64,000 bases of DNA from Pyrodictiaceae archaeon (lineage in GTDB: Archaea > Thermoproteota > Thermoprotei_A > Sulfolobales > WANQ01): NCBI GenBank assembly GCA_015521735.1, contig WANQ01000023.1:63169-127168 (forward strand), given 5' to 3'. Both the position numbers and the translations under genes were made by a program. Every line of letters begins with the position of its first letter. The stretch's first letter is position 1. Under the pieces are notes generated by a model. The model was not told the DNA's origin, did not search any database, and saw only the letters and a list, made by a program, of their open reading frames with translations. Positions 1 to 8,898 of the stretch are shown here, piece by piece.

Positions 1-748
1 CATCTACACCGTTCTTTACGTTAACGATTATCTCTTTCTCAATGAATTCTAGCGGTATCATTCTCAAGGGCCTAAGTGTTACACTACAGAACTTGCATCC
101 ACGAGGACAACCTCTCATAACCTCTACTAACCCGTTAACACTAGCACCCTTGATAACAGATAACTCATCTAATCCAGGCGTATCTCTTGGGCCAGCATAA
201 ATGTACTTGGGTAATGGCTCATTGTTTAAGGCTCTTTCAACTAAGTCTACTACAAGCCTCTCTCCTTCACCATCAAATACTGTATCAACACCCCACTTAG
301 CCCATAAGTCTTCATTCCAAAGCCACTGCCAAGCAGCAGGTCCACCTGCAATAATCTTTAAGCCACGCTTCTTAGCCTCCCTAATCTCGGGCTTCTCCAT
401 TAACGCTATGAAGGATTTACGGTTAACTGGTTCTTTACGAGTAATAAACCACCACTCACTACTTGGAGGTCCTAGAGCAAAATAGTCGTGATGGCTAAGC
501 AATAGTACTTTAGCATGCTTTAAGTGTAGGTGTAGGTAGTCTGGATCAATTATGGCAGCCTTAAACCCCTCATCTACGAGCTTGGCCTCAATTTTACGTA
601 GACCATAAGGTGCTTGCCAAGGCCTACCAATACTATCAACCTTCATTTTAGGGCAGGCAATCCACATCCAGAGTTTCTCTGGAAGACCTATAGCTGGCCC
701 AGTGGCCATGAAGCCTATGAACTCCTTACCATGGTGATTACTCATCAT
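1..748 (-). CDS. radical SAM protein with N-terminal B12-binding-like domain (N-terminal part; C-terminus lies beyond the window start)
   Basis: Absent from the ORF track because it runs off the edge. My minus-strand translation from the ATG at 748 reads [17 protein letters not shown]...[12 protein letters not shown]...[15 protein letters not shown]. The CxxxCxxC radical-SAM cluster motif is encoded at about nt 83-112. Confidence 0.7.
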   Translation of the reverse strand, partial: MMSNHHGKEFIGFMATGPAIGLPEKLWMWIACPKMKVDSIGRPWQAPYGLRKIEAKLVDEGFKAAIIDPDYLHLHLKHAKVLLLSHHDYFALGPPSSEWWFITRKEPVNRKSFIALMEKPEIREAKKRGLKIIAGGPAAWQWLWNEDLWAKWGVDTVFDGEGERLVVDLVERALNNEPLPKYIYAGPRDTPGLDELSVIKGASVNGLVEVMRGCPRGCKFCSVTLRPLRMIPLEFIEKEIIVNVKNGVD

Positions 749-988
749 ACATCTATCAGTTGTTAAAACTATATCGTAGCGCTCCACCTTAAACCCACCT
801 TAAGTGAACTCTCCACTCCACTGCAATCCCTTCTAAAAATAAACTACTAGATATCATCAAATATACGTGTTACGGAAAACAAGCTTCTAGGCCTCTATTT
901 AAACAAGCTGTTAACTATACTAGGATATGCTAGGACTTGAACTAATATAGTCGGTAATACTATATAGTCTCTAGAGAGGGAGCTAGTA

Positions 989-1276
989 TTGGAGACGGAA
1001 ACACTAGCACCTACAGCACTTGTAGACCTAGTATTATCCCCTACCGAAAAGGTAAGTGATAAAACAAAGCTACAACTAGTTAAAGCGGCCAGAATACTAT
1101 TAGAGAGAAGAATACTTGATGAAGAAAAGGTTATTGAAGCATACTTTCTACTAGTAAAAATGCAGAGGAAAGGTGAAATAGAATATCCTGTAGACTACTC
1201 GTTTACACTTAAAGCTATAAGGTTAGCAAAGATACTTTCTAGTAAGGAGTCTTCGGCAACACAATTAAGACAATAA
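989..1276 (+). CDS. hypothetical small protein
   Basis: 95-aa ORF with a TTG start and helical K/E-rich composition. No recognisable motif. Its 3' end overlaps the convergent ORF 1239..1517. Confidence 0.3.
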   Translation: METETLAPTALVDLVLSPTEKVSDKTKLQLVKAARILLERRILDEEKVIEAYFLLVKMQRKGEIEYPVDYSFTLKAIRLAKILSSKESSATQLRQ

Positions 1277-1517
1277 ACCTATAACCCTTAGAAATCAAGT
1301 CAATTGAGTCCGGGTCAATTCTAGTTACTCGTACAGTATTTTCTCCAGCATCTATAACCTTACATTCAACACCATAATCTCTAGATAACCTCCTACAAGT
1401 CTCTAGAGCCTCTTCTCTACCCTTATGATAACTATAGACAACACTAACATTTCCCTGTAGGTTACGTGCAGCTGTAGGGCCTAGTGGGCTTGCACCACTG
1501 AAAATAATTGACGACAA
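1239..1517 (-). CDS. hypothetical small protein
   Basis: 92-aa ORF with a TTG start. The central part has plausible globular composition (VSVVYSYHKGREEALETCRRLSRDYGVECKVID). No motif recognised. Confidence 0.3.
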   Translation of the reverse strand: MSSIIFSGASPLGPTAARNLQGNVSVVYSYHKGREEALETCRRLSRDYGVECKVIDAGENTVRVTRIDPDSIDLISKGYRFIVLIVLPKTPY

Positions 1518-1592
1518 ATACTACACCCAACATGTAGTATTACTGGGCATCTAAGTTAAAACCCACGTAAATACCACTAAGAAGTTTTACGG

Positions 1593-1961
1593 GTGCTCAC
1601 GCTTATGGAGGCTGAAGTATTAATAGTAGCAGGATTTGACCATGAAAGTGAACAAGCTATATCAACTGCTTGGAAAGTTGCAGAAAAACTTAGAAGACAA
1701 TACGGTATATGGGTTCTAGTACGAATAGACCAAGTATGGATACATGACCCAATAAAGATAGCTGAACTCAGAATACCTCAAGTATACGTTAACGGTAAGC
1801 TCTTCTTTACAGGAAAAGCTCCACGTGAAGAAGACCTAGTAAACGCTATAATGTCCATGCTATGGAGAAACGAGATAGAAAAACTAGCTACACCAGCAGC
1901 AGTACTAGTAGATAAACCCTCATTTATGGACGCTATACCCCTAACCCAAGCACTAGCATAA
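1593..1961 (+). CDS. hypothetical protein (possibly thioredoxin-like fold without CxxC)
   Basis: 122-aa ORF. The segment IPQVYVNGKLFFTGKAPREEDLVNAI resembles the C-terminal beta-alpha of glutaredoxin/thioredoxin-like proteins, but no redox cysteines are present. Confidence 0.4.
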   Translation: MLTLMEAEVLIVAGFDHESEQAISTAWKVAEKLRRQYGIWVLVRIDQVWIHDPIKIAELRIPQVYVNGKLFFTGKAPREEDLVNAIMSMLWRNEIEKLATPAAVLVDKPSFMDAIPLTQALA

Positions 1962-2059
1962 AGTGTCCCACAAACCCACACCTAAAAACATTACCATAAT
2001 AACCTAACACTTCTCTTAAACAGCTAAAAATATAAGCCGTGGAACACAAATAAGACTAT

Positions 2060-2320
2060 GGCTGAGCAGCTAGCCCGAGGCACTAATTATAGTATACGGG
2101 GAGCATAGTATACTAGAACCCTAAATACATGATTGAAGAATAATACTCTTAGACAATACAAGCGTACAAGCAATTCAATAAGATAGAATGCTGATTCCAA
2201 GTAGCTAGATATAGGTTGACCTAAGTATACGAGTGCATGAAATTTAATGATGGTTTCAAAGGGGCTAACGAGCCCCGTAGAATATGTTAAGGGGCGCCTC
2301 GGGCTAGCTGCGATGAAGCC
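2060..2320 (+). ncRNA. candidate structured RNA: 16-bp GC-rich closing helix plus consensus kink-turn internal loop (a MITE-like element with 16-bp terminal inverted repeats is the alternative)
   Basis: GCAGCTAGCCCGAGGC (2066-2081) is perfectly complementary to GCCTCGGGCTAGCTGC (2296-2311). The outer flanks, GGCU-GA (2060-2065) and GAU-GA-AGCC (2312-2320), give a C-stem / 3-nt bulge / tandem G.A / 4-bp NC-stem geometry on the + strand only. Internal hairpins are 2090-2097/2108-2115 and GGGGC-UAACGA-GCCCC (2261-2276). The interior is AT-rich. Confidence 0.3.
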
Positions 2321-2402
2321 TTTTCTGCTTACTTGGTCTTCAACTAAAACCTACTACGTTTTATTTACTTTTACCTTCTAACTTCATACTTGTGGTGTAG
2401 TC

Positions 2403-3419
2403 TTGAAAGACTATGACATCGTAGTTGTTGGGGGAGGTTTAACTGGTATAATCTTGGTGAAGGTTCTAAATAATTTAGGCTATAAGCCACTAATCTTGGA
2501 TCCTGACTTTGTTTTAGGAGGAATTGCTAGGGGAGACTTAGTAGGAGGTTATGTTGTTGAGGCTTTCCCACTACTTCTTACAGATAATGATGTAGGTTTA
2601 CTTGAGGAGATAGGATTTGAACTAGATGTTGTTGAAGCCTACCTAGAACCTAGAATTATTAAGCATGGGCCTCTAAAGGCTAAGATGTGGGGTTACCGTA
2701 GACGTAGAATTGAGGATGTTGGAGGCTTAGAAAATCCATGGCCTCTTCGATGGAGAGGTGAACTGCTTTACCCTAGACTTGGGTGGACTAAGACCATTTC
2801 TTCATGGCAGGGCAAGTTAAATTACAAGTGGATTCATGACGGCGTTAAAAGAATAGACGTTGAGAGTAAAAGAATTAAAACCTATCATGGACAAGTACTA
2901 GGATACCGTGTAGTATACTACACTCTCCCACTAACCGAACTTGAAGCTAAGACAGGTCTTGAGGTAAGTATACCTAGTCTTAGATATTGCCATATGGTGT
3001 CATTGTCAGTTCTCACCGATAAAGGTGTTGACTGGGCTATAGGATACCATGGTGGAACAGCTATTCTACCACACACTATCGTTAACGTACATGTAATCCT
3101 AGGAGAAAAGGACTATGCTAATACTATAGCTCTAATAAGCTATGATGGTGAGGAACTAGCAGCAGGATTCATGGAGCAGACTATTAGTAGGTTAAAGAAA
3201 ATGAACATAGTCTTAGGTAACATATTTGCTGAAAGAATATATAACGCTAAATATGCTTGCATTAACAGTAGTGATCTTAGAAGAGAGGATAGGATAAGAC
3301 TATATGAGGAATTCCTAGGTAAGAGATTAGTACTTGTTGGTAGAAGAGCTCTATGGCTAGAGATGAGTTTAGGAGATATAGTTAAGGATGTAGTCGATAA
3401 GGTTACTTCTAGTCTGTAA
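2403..3419 (+). CDS. FAD/NAD(P)-binding Rossmann-fold oxidoreductase family protein
   Basis: The N-terminal dinucleotide-binding motif DIVVVGGGLTGI...LILDPDFVLGG is typical of the amine-oxidase / UDP-galactopyranose-mutase-like flavoprotein class. TTG start. Confidence 0.6.
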   Translation: MKDYDIVVVGGGLTGIILVKVLNNLGYKPLILDPDFVLGGIARGDLVGGYVVEAFPLLLTDNDVGLLEEIGFELDVVEAYLEPRIIKHGPLKAKMWGYRRRRIEDVGGLENPWPLRWRGELLYPRLGWTKTISSWQGKLNYKWIHDGVKRIDVESKRIKTYHGQVLGYRVVYYTLPLTELEAKTGLEVSIPSLRYCHMVSLSVLTDKGVDWAIGYHGGTAILPHTIVNVHVILGEKDYANTIALISYDGEELAAGFMEQTISRLKKMNIVLGNIFAERIYNAKYACINSSDLRREDRIRLYEEFLGKRLVLVGRRALWLEMSLGDIVKDVVDKVTSSL

Positions 3420-4299
3420 AAACAGATTTAATCTCCTTTACAGGTACTTCTTCAGCTAGCTTTTCTACTTCACTCCTAGTATACCAGTTCAATGTCTTAG
3501 TAGATCTTAGAACCTTTAAGCCAGCAGCAATAGTAGCGTATCTTGCAGCATCCTCTGGCTTATATCCAAGTGAGTAATAGTATGATAGTACAGCTGTATA
3601 TACATCGCCAGCACCAGTTTCATCGCCATGGTATACTTTTGGTACACCTATATGGAACGCCATGCCGTCGTAGGCTACTATGCTTCCACGTGGCCCCATG
3701 GTTAATGCTACTATCCTAGTATACTCTGACAACTTTAATGCGGCTTCTACGGGCTCTTTACTAATACTTGTTGCTTCACCTTCCTCTACATGTATAATGT
3801 CTGCTATTCCAAGTTCTTCTAGTAGTCCATGATTCCATTTATGTGATACTTCTCCCTCTAATCCTATAACTCTAATAAATCCTTGTACGTCTATGGTTAA
3901 GATCCTAGTCTTCTCTCTAATATACTTGAGGTCTTCTAGGGATACTTCACCAGCTACTGGGCTAACTATACTTGCTTCTACTTCACCTAGTTTACGGTAT
4001 CCATCCTCTATTCTTATTCTAGGGCTACGTGATAGTAGTTTTAGTACTCTTGTCTGTAGGTCAAGGTATTCCAGCACAAACACTGTTGTCGGAGAATCCA
4101 TTGACAAGAGACTTAAGTCTACACCAACATTTCTAACCTTCTCCAATACTTCTCTAGGATAATCTCTACCAGCATATCCTAGCACATACACTTTAGCTCC
4201 AAGTAGTGCTAATGCTACGCTGGAATAGTAGCCTGGTCCTCCAGGCCTCTTAGCACCATCCACATGGTCTATCGTAAAGTTACCAACCACTACGTACAA
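3409..4299 (-). CDS. PfkB-family carbohydrate kinase
   Basis: The C-terminal motif GDETGAGDVYTAV matches the PfkB DTxGAGD signature. The N-terminal GGPGYYSSVALALLGAKV resembles the ribokinase-family fold. Confidence 0.75.
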   Translation of the reverse strand: MYVVVGNFTIDHVDGAKRPGGPGYYSSVALALLGAKVYVLGYAGRDYPREVLEKVRNVGVDLSLLSMDSPTTVFVLEYLDLQTRVLKLLSRSPRIRIEDGYRKLGEVEASIVSPVAGEVSLEDLKYIREKTRILTIDVQGFIRVIGLEGEVSHKWNHGLLEELGIADIIHVEEGEATSISKEPVEAALKLSEYTRIVALTMGPRGSIVAYDGMAFHIGVPKVYHGDETGAGDVYTAVLSYYYSLGYKPEDAARYATIAAGLKVLRSTKTLNWYTRSEVEKLAEEVPVKEIKSVFTD

Positions 4300-4372
4300 T
4301 GGGGGATATCACCTCCTACTGATGGTGTGAGAAAGAGGTCGTAGAATATAGGGCGTAGGTGTAAAATAAGCT

Positions 4373-4597
4373 TTACCCTTCCTCCTCGCCTTCCTCTTCC
4401 TCCTCCTCTTCTTCGACTACACGTTTCTTCTTCTTAAGCCACGTACCCTTTGCATGAGCTATAAGATGCCATACTAAGTCGTTGGGGCTGAAGAAAACTG
4501 TTATACCCTCTTTTGGTTCAAGATTTGTTACTTCTCCAGGTGGACAGTATTCTTCAATGTTACCACATAGTGGACACATAATAAATCCTGACTTCAT
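4373..4597 (-). CDS. small zinc-finger protein with basic patch and poly-Glu tail
   Basis: MCPLCGN...WHLIAH gives a CxxC...HxxxH arrangement. The C-terminus is KKKKRVVEEEEEEEEGEEEG. Confidence 0.5.
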   Translation of the reverse strand: MKSGFIMCPLCGNIEEYCPPGEVTNLEPKEGITVFFSPNDLVWHLIAHAKGTWLKKKKRVVEEEEEEEEGEEEG

Positions 4598-4687
4598 GTC
4601 AACGCAAGTAGTAATCTTTATGCCATGGACTTCTATGGTTTTCCTAGTCCACTTAGGCTCCCATACAAGTGACGTAGTAGTACACCT

Positions 4688-5422
4688 CTAAACACTCACT
4701 ATTAGCCCATCTACTGGGATTATAATCTTCCTCCCACTTATTCTTCTAAGTTCTTCTTCAGCTACATGCATTATGTGTATTGGGGCTAGTATTTCAGCAA
4801 TTCCTAGAAGCTGTTTAACTTCACCAACAGTTGTATGCTTAGTTACCAATGCCGTGTTGAGCATACTTGAGGGCATGCTTACTTCGTGTAATAGTATTTG
4901 TGCTCCACGAGCTTCCTCAACTATATTTCTTGTAGGCCTAGTGTCAGCTGAGTAAACTATCTTGGAGTCCCTAGTACTAATAGAGTATCCGAGCGTTGGT
5001 ACACTATGATCTACTGGTATAGACTTAATATGGATGCCTCCTAGACTTATCTCGTTAAAGTCTATGCTGAGGGGCTTAAGTACTGGTTTAGGAGCATTAC
5101 GTGGCCCAGTACGCTCTATTATTAATGGTATTGATTCAATAGCACGTTGAGGCCCATAGACTACTAGTTGCTTGCTACACCTCTCCTCTACTAGTGCATT
5201 AAGTAATCCAGTAATCCCTAGTAAGTGGTCGAAGTGTTCATGCGATACTAGTACTAGGTCTATGTCACATACCTTAAAGCCTAGGCTATGTAGCTTAGCG
5301 TCTACACCAAAACCAGCATCTAAGAGTACTAGCTTGTCCTCAGCTTCTACTAGATATGCTGGGTAACCCCTACTTACGTAGGAGCCTGCTCCACCTGTAC
5401 CTAGAAAGTATATTTTGGCCAA
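4688..5422 (-). CDS. metallo-beta-lactamase fold hydrolase (RNase Z/ElaC-like, short form)
   Basis: N-terminal IYFLGTGGA plus the HxHxDH motif VSHEHFDHLLG. Confidence 0.7.
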   Translation of the reverse strand: MAKIYFLGTGGAGSYVSRGYPAYLVEAEDKLVLLDAGFGVDAKLHSLGFKVCDIDLVLVSHEHFDHLLGITGLLNALVEERCSKQLVVYGPQRAIESIPLIIERTGPRNAPKPVLKPLSIDFNEISLGGIHIKSIPVDHSVPTLGYSISTRDSKIVYSADTRPTRNIVEEARGAQILLHEVSMPSSMLNTALVTKHTTVGEVKQLLGIAEILAPIHIMHVAEEELRRISGRKIIIPVDGLIVSV

Positions 5423-5435
5423 GAGCTACTACCCT

Positions 5436-6398
5436 TCATTGTATCCTAGTACAAGTTGACTCCAATATCCTTATAGCCTCCTTTATTTCAGGTAGCCTTG
5501 GAGGCCATGAACCATATATCTCCTTTAATATTATTGGAACCATTTGGGGTGCAATGATTCCTCTCTCAGTTATTAATGCATCTACGTATTCAGGTGGTGT
5601 TACATCCATTAATGGTACGTATGCCTTAAACTTCTCCTTACCTGTTAGTCCAAGAAGTGCTGGATCACCCTCAGGTATTTCTACTAGTTCGCCGAATACC
5701 GTTTCTACACTAAACTTGTAAGTTCCAGCAGCAACGAATACTCTAACCCTTGCCTCTCTTGCAGCTAATGCTATATTACTTGTTCCAACCTTACCTATAA
5801 CTGCTCCATTAGCTGCAATTGCTTCAGCACCAACCAATACTCTAGTGACATTAGGCATAACGTATCTTACAGCTGAGTCAACTATTAATGTCACGGGTAC
5901 TCCTAGTTCGCGTAGAGCAGAAGCCATCTTTAATCCTTCACCACCAGGCCTAGACTCTGTTACATACGCTTCAATTCTTTTACCTAGCTTCAACGCCTCC
6001 TTTACTACTTCAAGCACACTTCTACTATAACTATGAGTTAATATTACCTCTCTTTCCCTAAGCCTACGTGCACCAATAACAGCTAACTGCTTAGTAGCCT
6101 TATTTGCTTCTTCAATTTTCTTCTCAATAAACCTATGTATAGCATCCTTTAACTCAGGTAGCTTAGATCCACTATTAATTAACGCGTCAAGCTGCAACAG
6201 TATGTCTCTTAGAGTATTAATTATCATAGCAGATGTAGGTCTAGCACGATATATTTCATCTGCAACCCTGATAACCCTTAAACATAGCTCACGAACACTA
6301 CCAGCACTATCAACTACACTTAACAAATAGTTCAATGCATTACTTGCAGCCTCCGTTGAACCAGTAACATATGTTATCCTAGAGTAGGGGGTAGTCAA
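5436..6398 (-). CDS. eIF-2B alpha/beta/delta family protein (aIF-2B subunit / ribose-1,5-bisphosphate isomerase-like)
   Basis: The core VLVGAEAIAANGAVIGKVGTSNIALAAREARVRVFVAAGTYKF is characteristic of the IF-2B family. The 320-aa length also fits. Confidence 0.7.
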   Translation of the reverse strand: MTTPYSRITYVTGSTEAASNALNYLLSVVDSAGSVRELCLRVIRVADEIYRARPTSAMIINTLRDILLQLDALINSGSKLPELKDAIHRFIEKKIEEANKATKQLAVIGARRLREREVILTHSYSRSVLEVVKEALKLGKRIEAYVTESRPGGEGLKMASALRELGVPVTLIVDSAVRYVMPNVTRVLVGAEAIAANGAVIGKVGTSNIALAAREARVRVFVAAGTYKFSVETVFGELVEIPEGDPALLGLTGKEKFKAYVPLMDVTPPEYVDALITERGIIAPQMVPIILKEIYGSWPPRLPEIKEAIRILESTCTRIQ

Positions 6399-6663
6399 GA
6401 CCTAACCACCTTAAATTATCAATGCCTGCTATACTGGTCTGGGTGAATACCATAGTAGAAGTACTCCTTAATATTCTTAGTACGCGCTTAGAGCTTAGCC
6501 AAAGTATTACCTTGAAATAATACTCTATGGTTTAGTAGACACGCCGAGTTAATGGCAAGTTTTGGATTGAAAAGACTAGGGGCTAGATAATACTGGATTG
6601 TTTACTGTCAAATTTTTTAAACCATACCCATAACATGAGTTGTCTATGCGGGGGCTAGAGTAG

Positions 6664-7110
6664 ATGACAACTTACATTGATTCTGGAACAGAGAAGCTAA
6701 TCAAGTACCTGGTGGTAAAGGTACTAGCTGGCCATGGCTATGCTGTTCAAGCAGTATATGAGCATATAGTTAATGAGGTTAGCCCAAGTGTTTTAGCCCA
6801 TCGTTATGGTATGAGTAAGCATCAGCTTAGAGGGTATACTCAGAGAGTAATAGAGAAGACTGGTAGTGAGTGGAGAGCAAAAGCATTGCTTAGACTCCTA
6901 ACACCCTATATTCTAAGAGTTAAACCCATAATAATATTCTATGGTAACGGTAAAGCCTACTGTAGTTATTGCCGTGAAGAAGTACTTGTAGCTAAAGCGG
7001 AAGACCATGTACGCCGTAAACATAAGGATTTAGTAAACGTTATAATGAGGAAAATACTTCATGAAGTAATGTCGCCTAGAAGAGTTGAAGTAAGACAATA
7101 CCTAGTTTAA
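6664..7110 (+). CDS. hypothetical protein with putative HTH and CxxC...HxxxxH motif
   Basis: HRYGMSKHQLRGYTQRVIEK is an HTH-like segment. CSYCREEVLVAKAEDHVRRKH is a zinc-finger-like segment. Confidence 0.4.
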   Translation: MTTYIDSGTEKLIKYLVVKVLAGHGYAVQAVYEHIVNEVSPSVLAHRYGMSKHQLRGYTQRVIEKTGSEWRAKALLRLLTPYILRVKPIIIFYGNGKAYCSYCREEVLVAKAEDHVRRKHKDLVNVIMRKILHEVMSPRRVEVRQYLV

Positions 7111-7193
7111 CCATACAGCACCCATACCGTATAGGAGAATTCGGGTTAATGCTGTAAGTAAAACCATTGAGCACTACTAGTACATACATGTCG

Positions 7194-8894
7194 TTAACGA
7201 CGTACTCCTTCTACCTTAAGCTTCTCATACAAGTCGTGCCTACCGTATTCGTAGGCTATGTCTTCTAGTGTTATTAGTTCGTCTAGTAGATCTCGTATTA
7301 TTAGCTTAGGATCTCTTTCCACTGGATTACCGTATCCTCCACCACCAGCTGTTTCTACTACTACTTCGTCGCCCTCCTCTACTACGACTGTATCCTTGCT
7401 TCTCAATACTATTTTCTCTCCATTTTTCTTAACTATGTAGTACTTTGCTGGTTTCCCTGGTTTTCCTCCTAGAATACCTGGTGGGCTATGTTTTACTCTC
7501 TCACCTATAATTGTTACCTTAGCTTTAGGTGCTAGTACCTTGAATGCTCTTATAACGCCCATACCTCCTCTCCATTTACCTGCACCACCACTTCTAGGCC
7601 TAATCTCGTATTTTGTGAATAGTAGTGGTAGTTCACGTTCTATTACTTCTATTGGCGTGTTCATGGTATTAGTCATATTGCAGTGAACAGCGTCTACTCC
7701 ATCCATACCCTTCCTACCACCATATCCTCCAGCTATTGTTTCATAGAAAGCCCATGTTTTACCTCTCTCATAGTCTACTCCACCAATCAATAAGTTATTC
7801 ATAGACCCACATGCTGCAGCTGGAACCTTATCTGGTATAGCCTTGGATAATGCAAGGTATATTACATCGACTATTCTCTGAGCTGTCTCAATACTAGCAC
7901 CTACTGGTGCAGGATACTGAGCATAGACTATGGTTCTAGGTTTCGCCTTCACCTCTACTACTTGGTAGAATCCATCATTTACTGGTAATTCTGGGTCAAG
8001 TACAGTCTTTATAGTGAATGTTGTTGAAGCTATTGTTACACCGAATGGTGCGTTAAGTGGAGCTGGTACTTGTGGTGATGATCCATTAAAGTCTACTATT
8101 ACCTTATCCTCCTTCTTAACCACTCTTACACGTATTACTGCATCACCACTATATCCAGGATCTTCTAAGTAGTCAGTAGCTTCTACGCTGAAGTCAGGTA
8201 GCTTCCTTACCCTACTAAGAGTCATTTTACGTGAATACTCTATTATCTCATTGAATGCCTCCATAGTAGTCTTATAACCATATTTTTCAACTATACCTAC
8301 TACTTGTCTCCTACCAGTATCCATAGCAGCTATTTGTGCTCTAAGATCACCTACTATTACCTCAGGGCTTCGTACATTCGATAATATAAGCTTTAATACA
8401 TCTTTTCTAAGCCTACCAGACTCCATGATCTTTACTGGTGGTACTAGTATTCCCTCTTCTATTACCTCTATTGAATCACTGGCAATACTTCCAGGAACCT
8501 TACCTCCAACGTCTACGTAGTGTGCTTTACTTGCAACATAGCCTACTAGTTTCCCGTTATAGTATATTGGTGCAATTGCTAGTACATCGTTTAAGTGTGT
8601 ACCAGCTATGTATGGGTTATTGGTTAATAATACATCTCCTTCATTTAACTCAATGCCTTCTTTTTCAATGTATTTAAGTGTTTCCTTAACACCCCAGGCC
8701 ATAGAGCCTAGGTGTGTTGGTATATGTTCTGCTTGCGCTAGCACCTTACCTTCGGAATCGAATACAGCACAGCTATGGTCCATTCTCTCCTTAATGTTTG
8801 GTGAGTAGGCTGAGTTCCTTAATCTTATACCCATTTCCTCAGCAATGTATTCAAGGCTACGAGCTATTACATCTAATGTAATCTTATCCACCAT
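7194..8894 (-). CDS. hyuB: hydantoinase B / oxoprolinase family protein
   Basis: 566 aa. The N-terminal DKITLDVIARSLEYIAEEMG...YSPNIKERMDHSCAVFD matches the HyuB family. It lies immediately downstream of a HyuA-type gene. Confidence 0.85.
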   Translation of the reverse strand: MVDKITLDVIARSLEYIAEEMGIRLRNSAYSPNIKERMDHSCAVFDSEGKVLAQAEHIPTHLGSMAWGVKETLKYIEKEGIELNEGDVLLTNNPYIAGTHLNDVLAIAPIYYNGKLVGYVASKAHYVDVGGKVPGSIASDSIEVIEEGILVPPVKIMESGRLRKDVLKLILSNVRSPEVIVGDLRAQIAAMDTGRRQVVGIVEKYGYKTTMEAFNEIIEYSRKMTLSRVRKLPDFSVEATDYLEDPGYSGDAVIRVRVVKKEDKVIVDFNGSSPQVPAPLNAPFGVTIASTTFTIKTVLDPELPVNDGFYQVVEVKAKPRTIVYAQYPAPVGASIETAQRIVDVIYLALSKAIPDKVPAAACGSMNNLLIGGVDYERGKTWAFYETIAGGYGGRKGMDGVDAVHCNMTNTMNTPIEVIERELPLLFTKYEIRPRSGGAGKWRGGMGVIRAFKVLAPKAKVTIIGERVKHSPPGILGGKPGKPAKYYIVKKNGEKIVLRSKDTVVVEEGDEVVVETAGGGGYGNPVERDPKLIIRDLLDELITLEDIAYEYGRHDLYEKLKVEGVRR

Positions 8895-8898
8895 TGCA

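Noticed and set aside
201-485. 94-aa + strand ORF at the window start
   Set aside because: It lies antisense to the clearly motif-bearing radical-SAM gene (1-748, minus) and has S/T/P-rich shadow composition.
2040-2340. Possible RNase P RNA, SRP (7S) RNA or intron-containing tRNA, because the 5' and 3' ends pair in a long GC helix
   Set aside because: The interior is roughly one-third GC, whereas structural RNAs of hyperthermophiles are GC-rich. I could not find the conserved cores: no GGAAAGUCC-type CR-I/CR-V, no SRP helix-8 GGAA/AGCA motifs, and no tRNA T-loop GGTTCRAATCC. The region is kept only as an unclassified k-turn/helix element.
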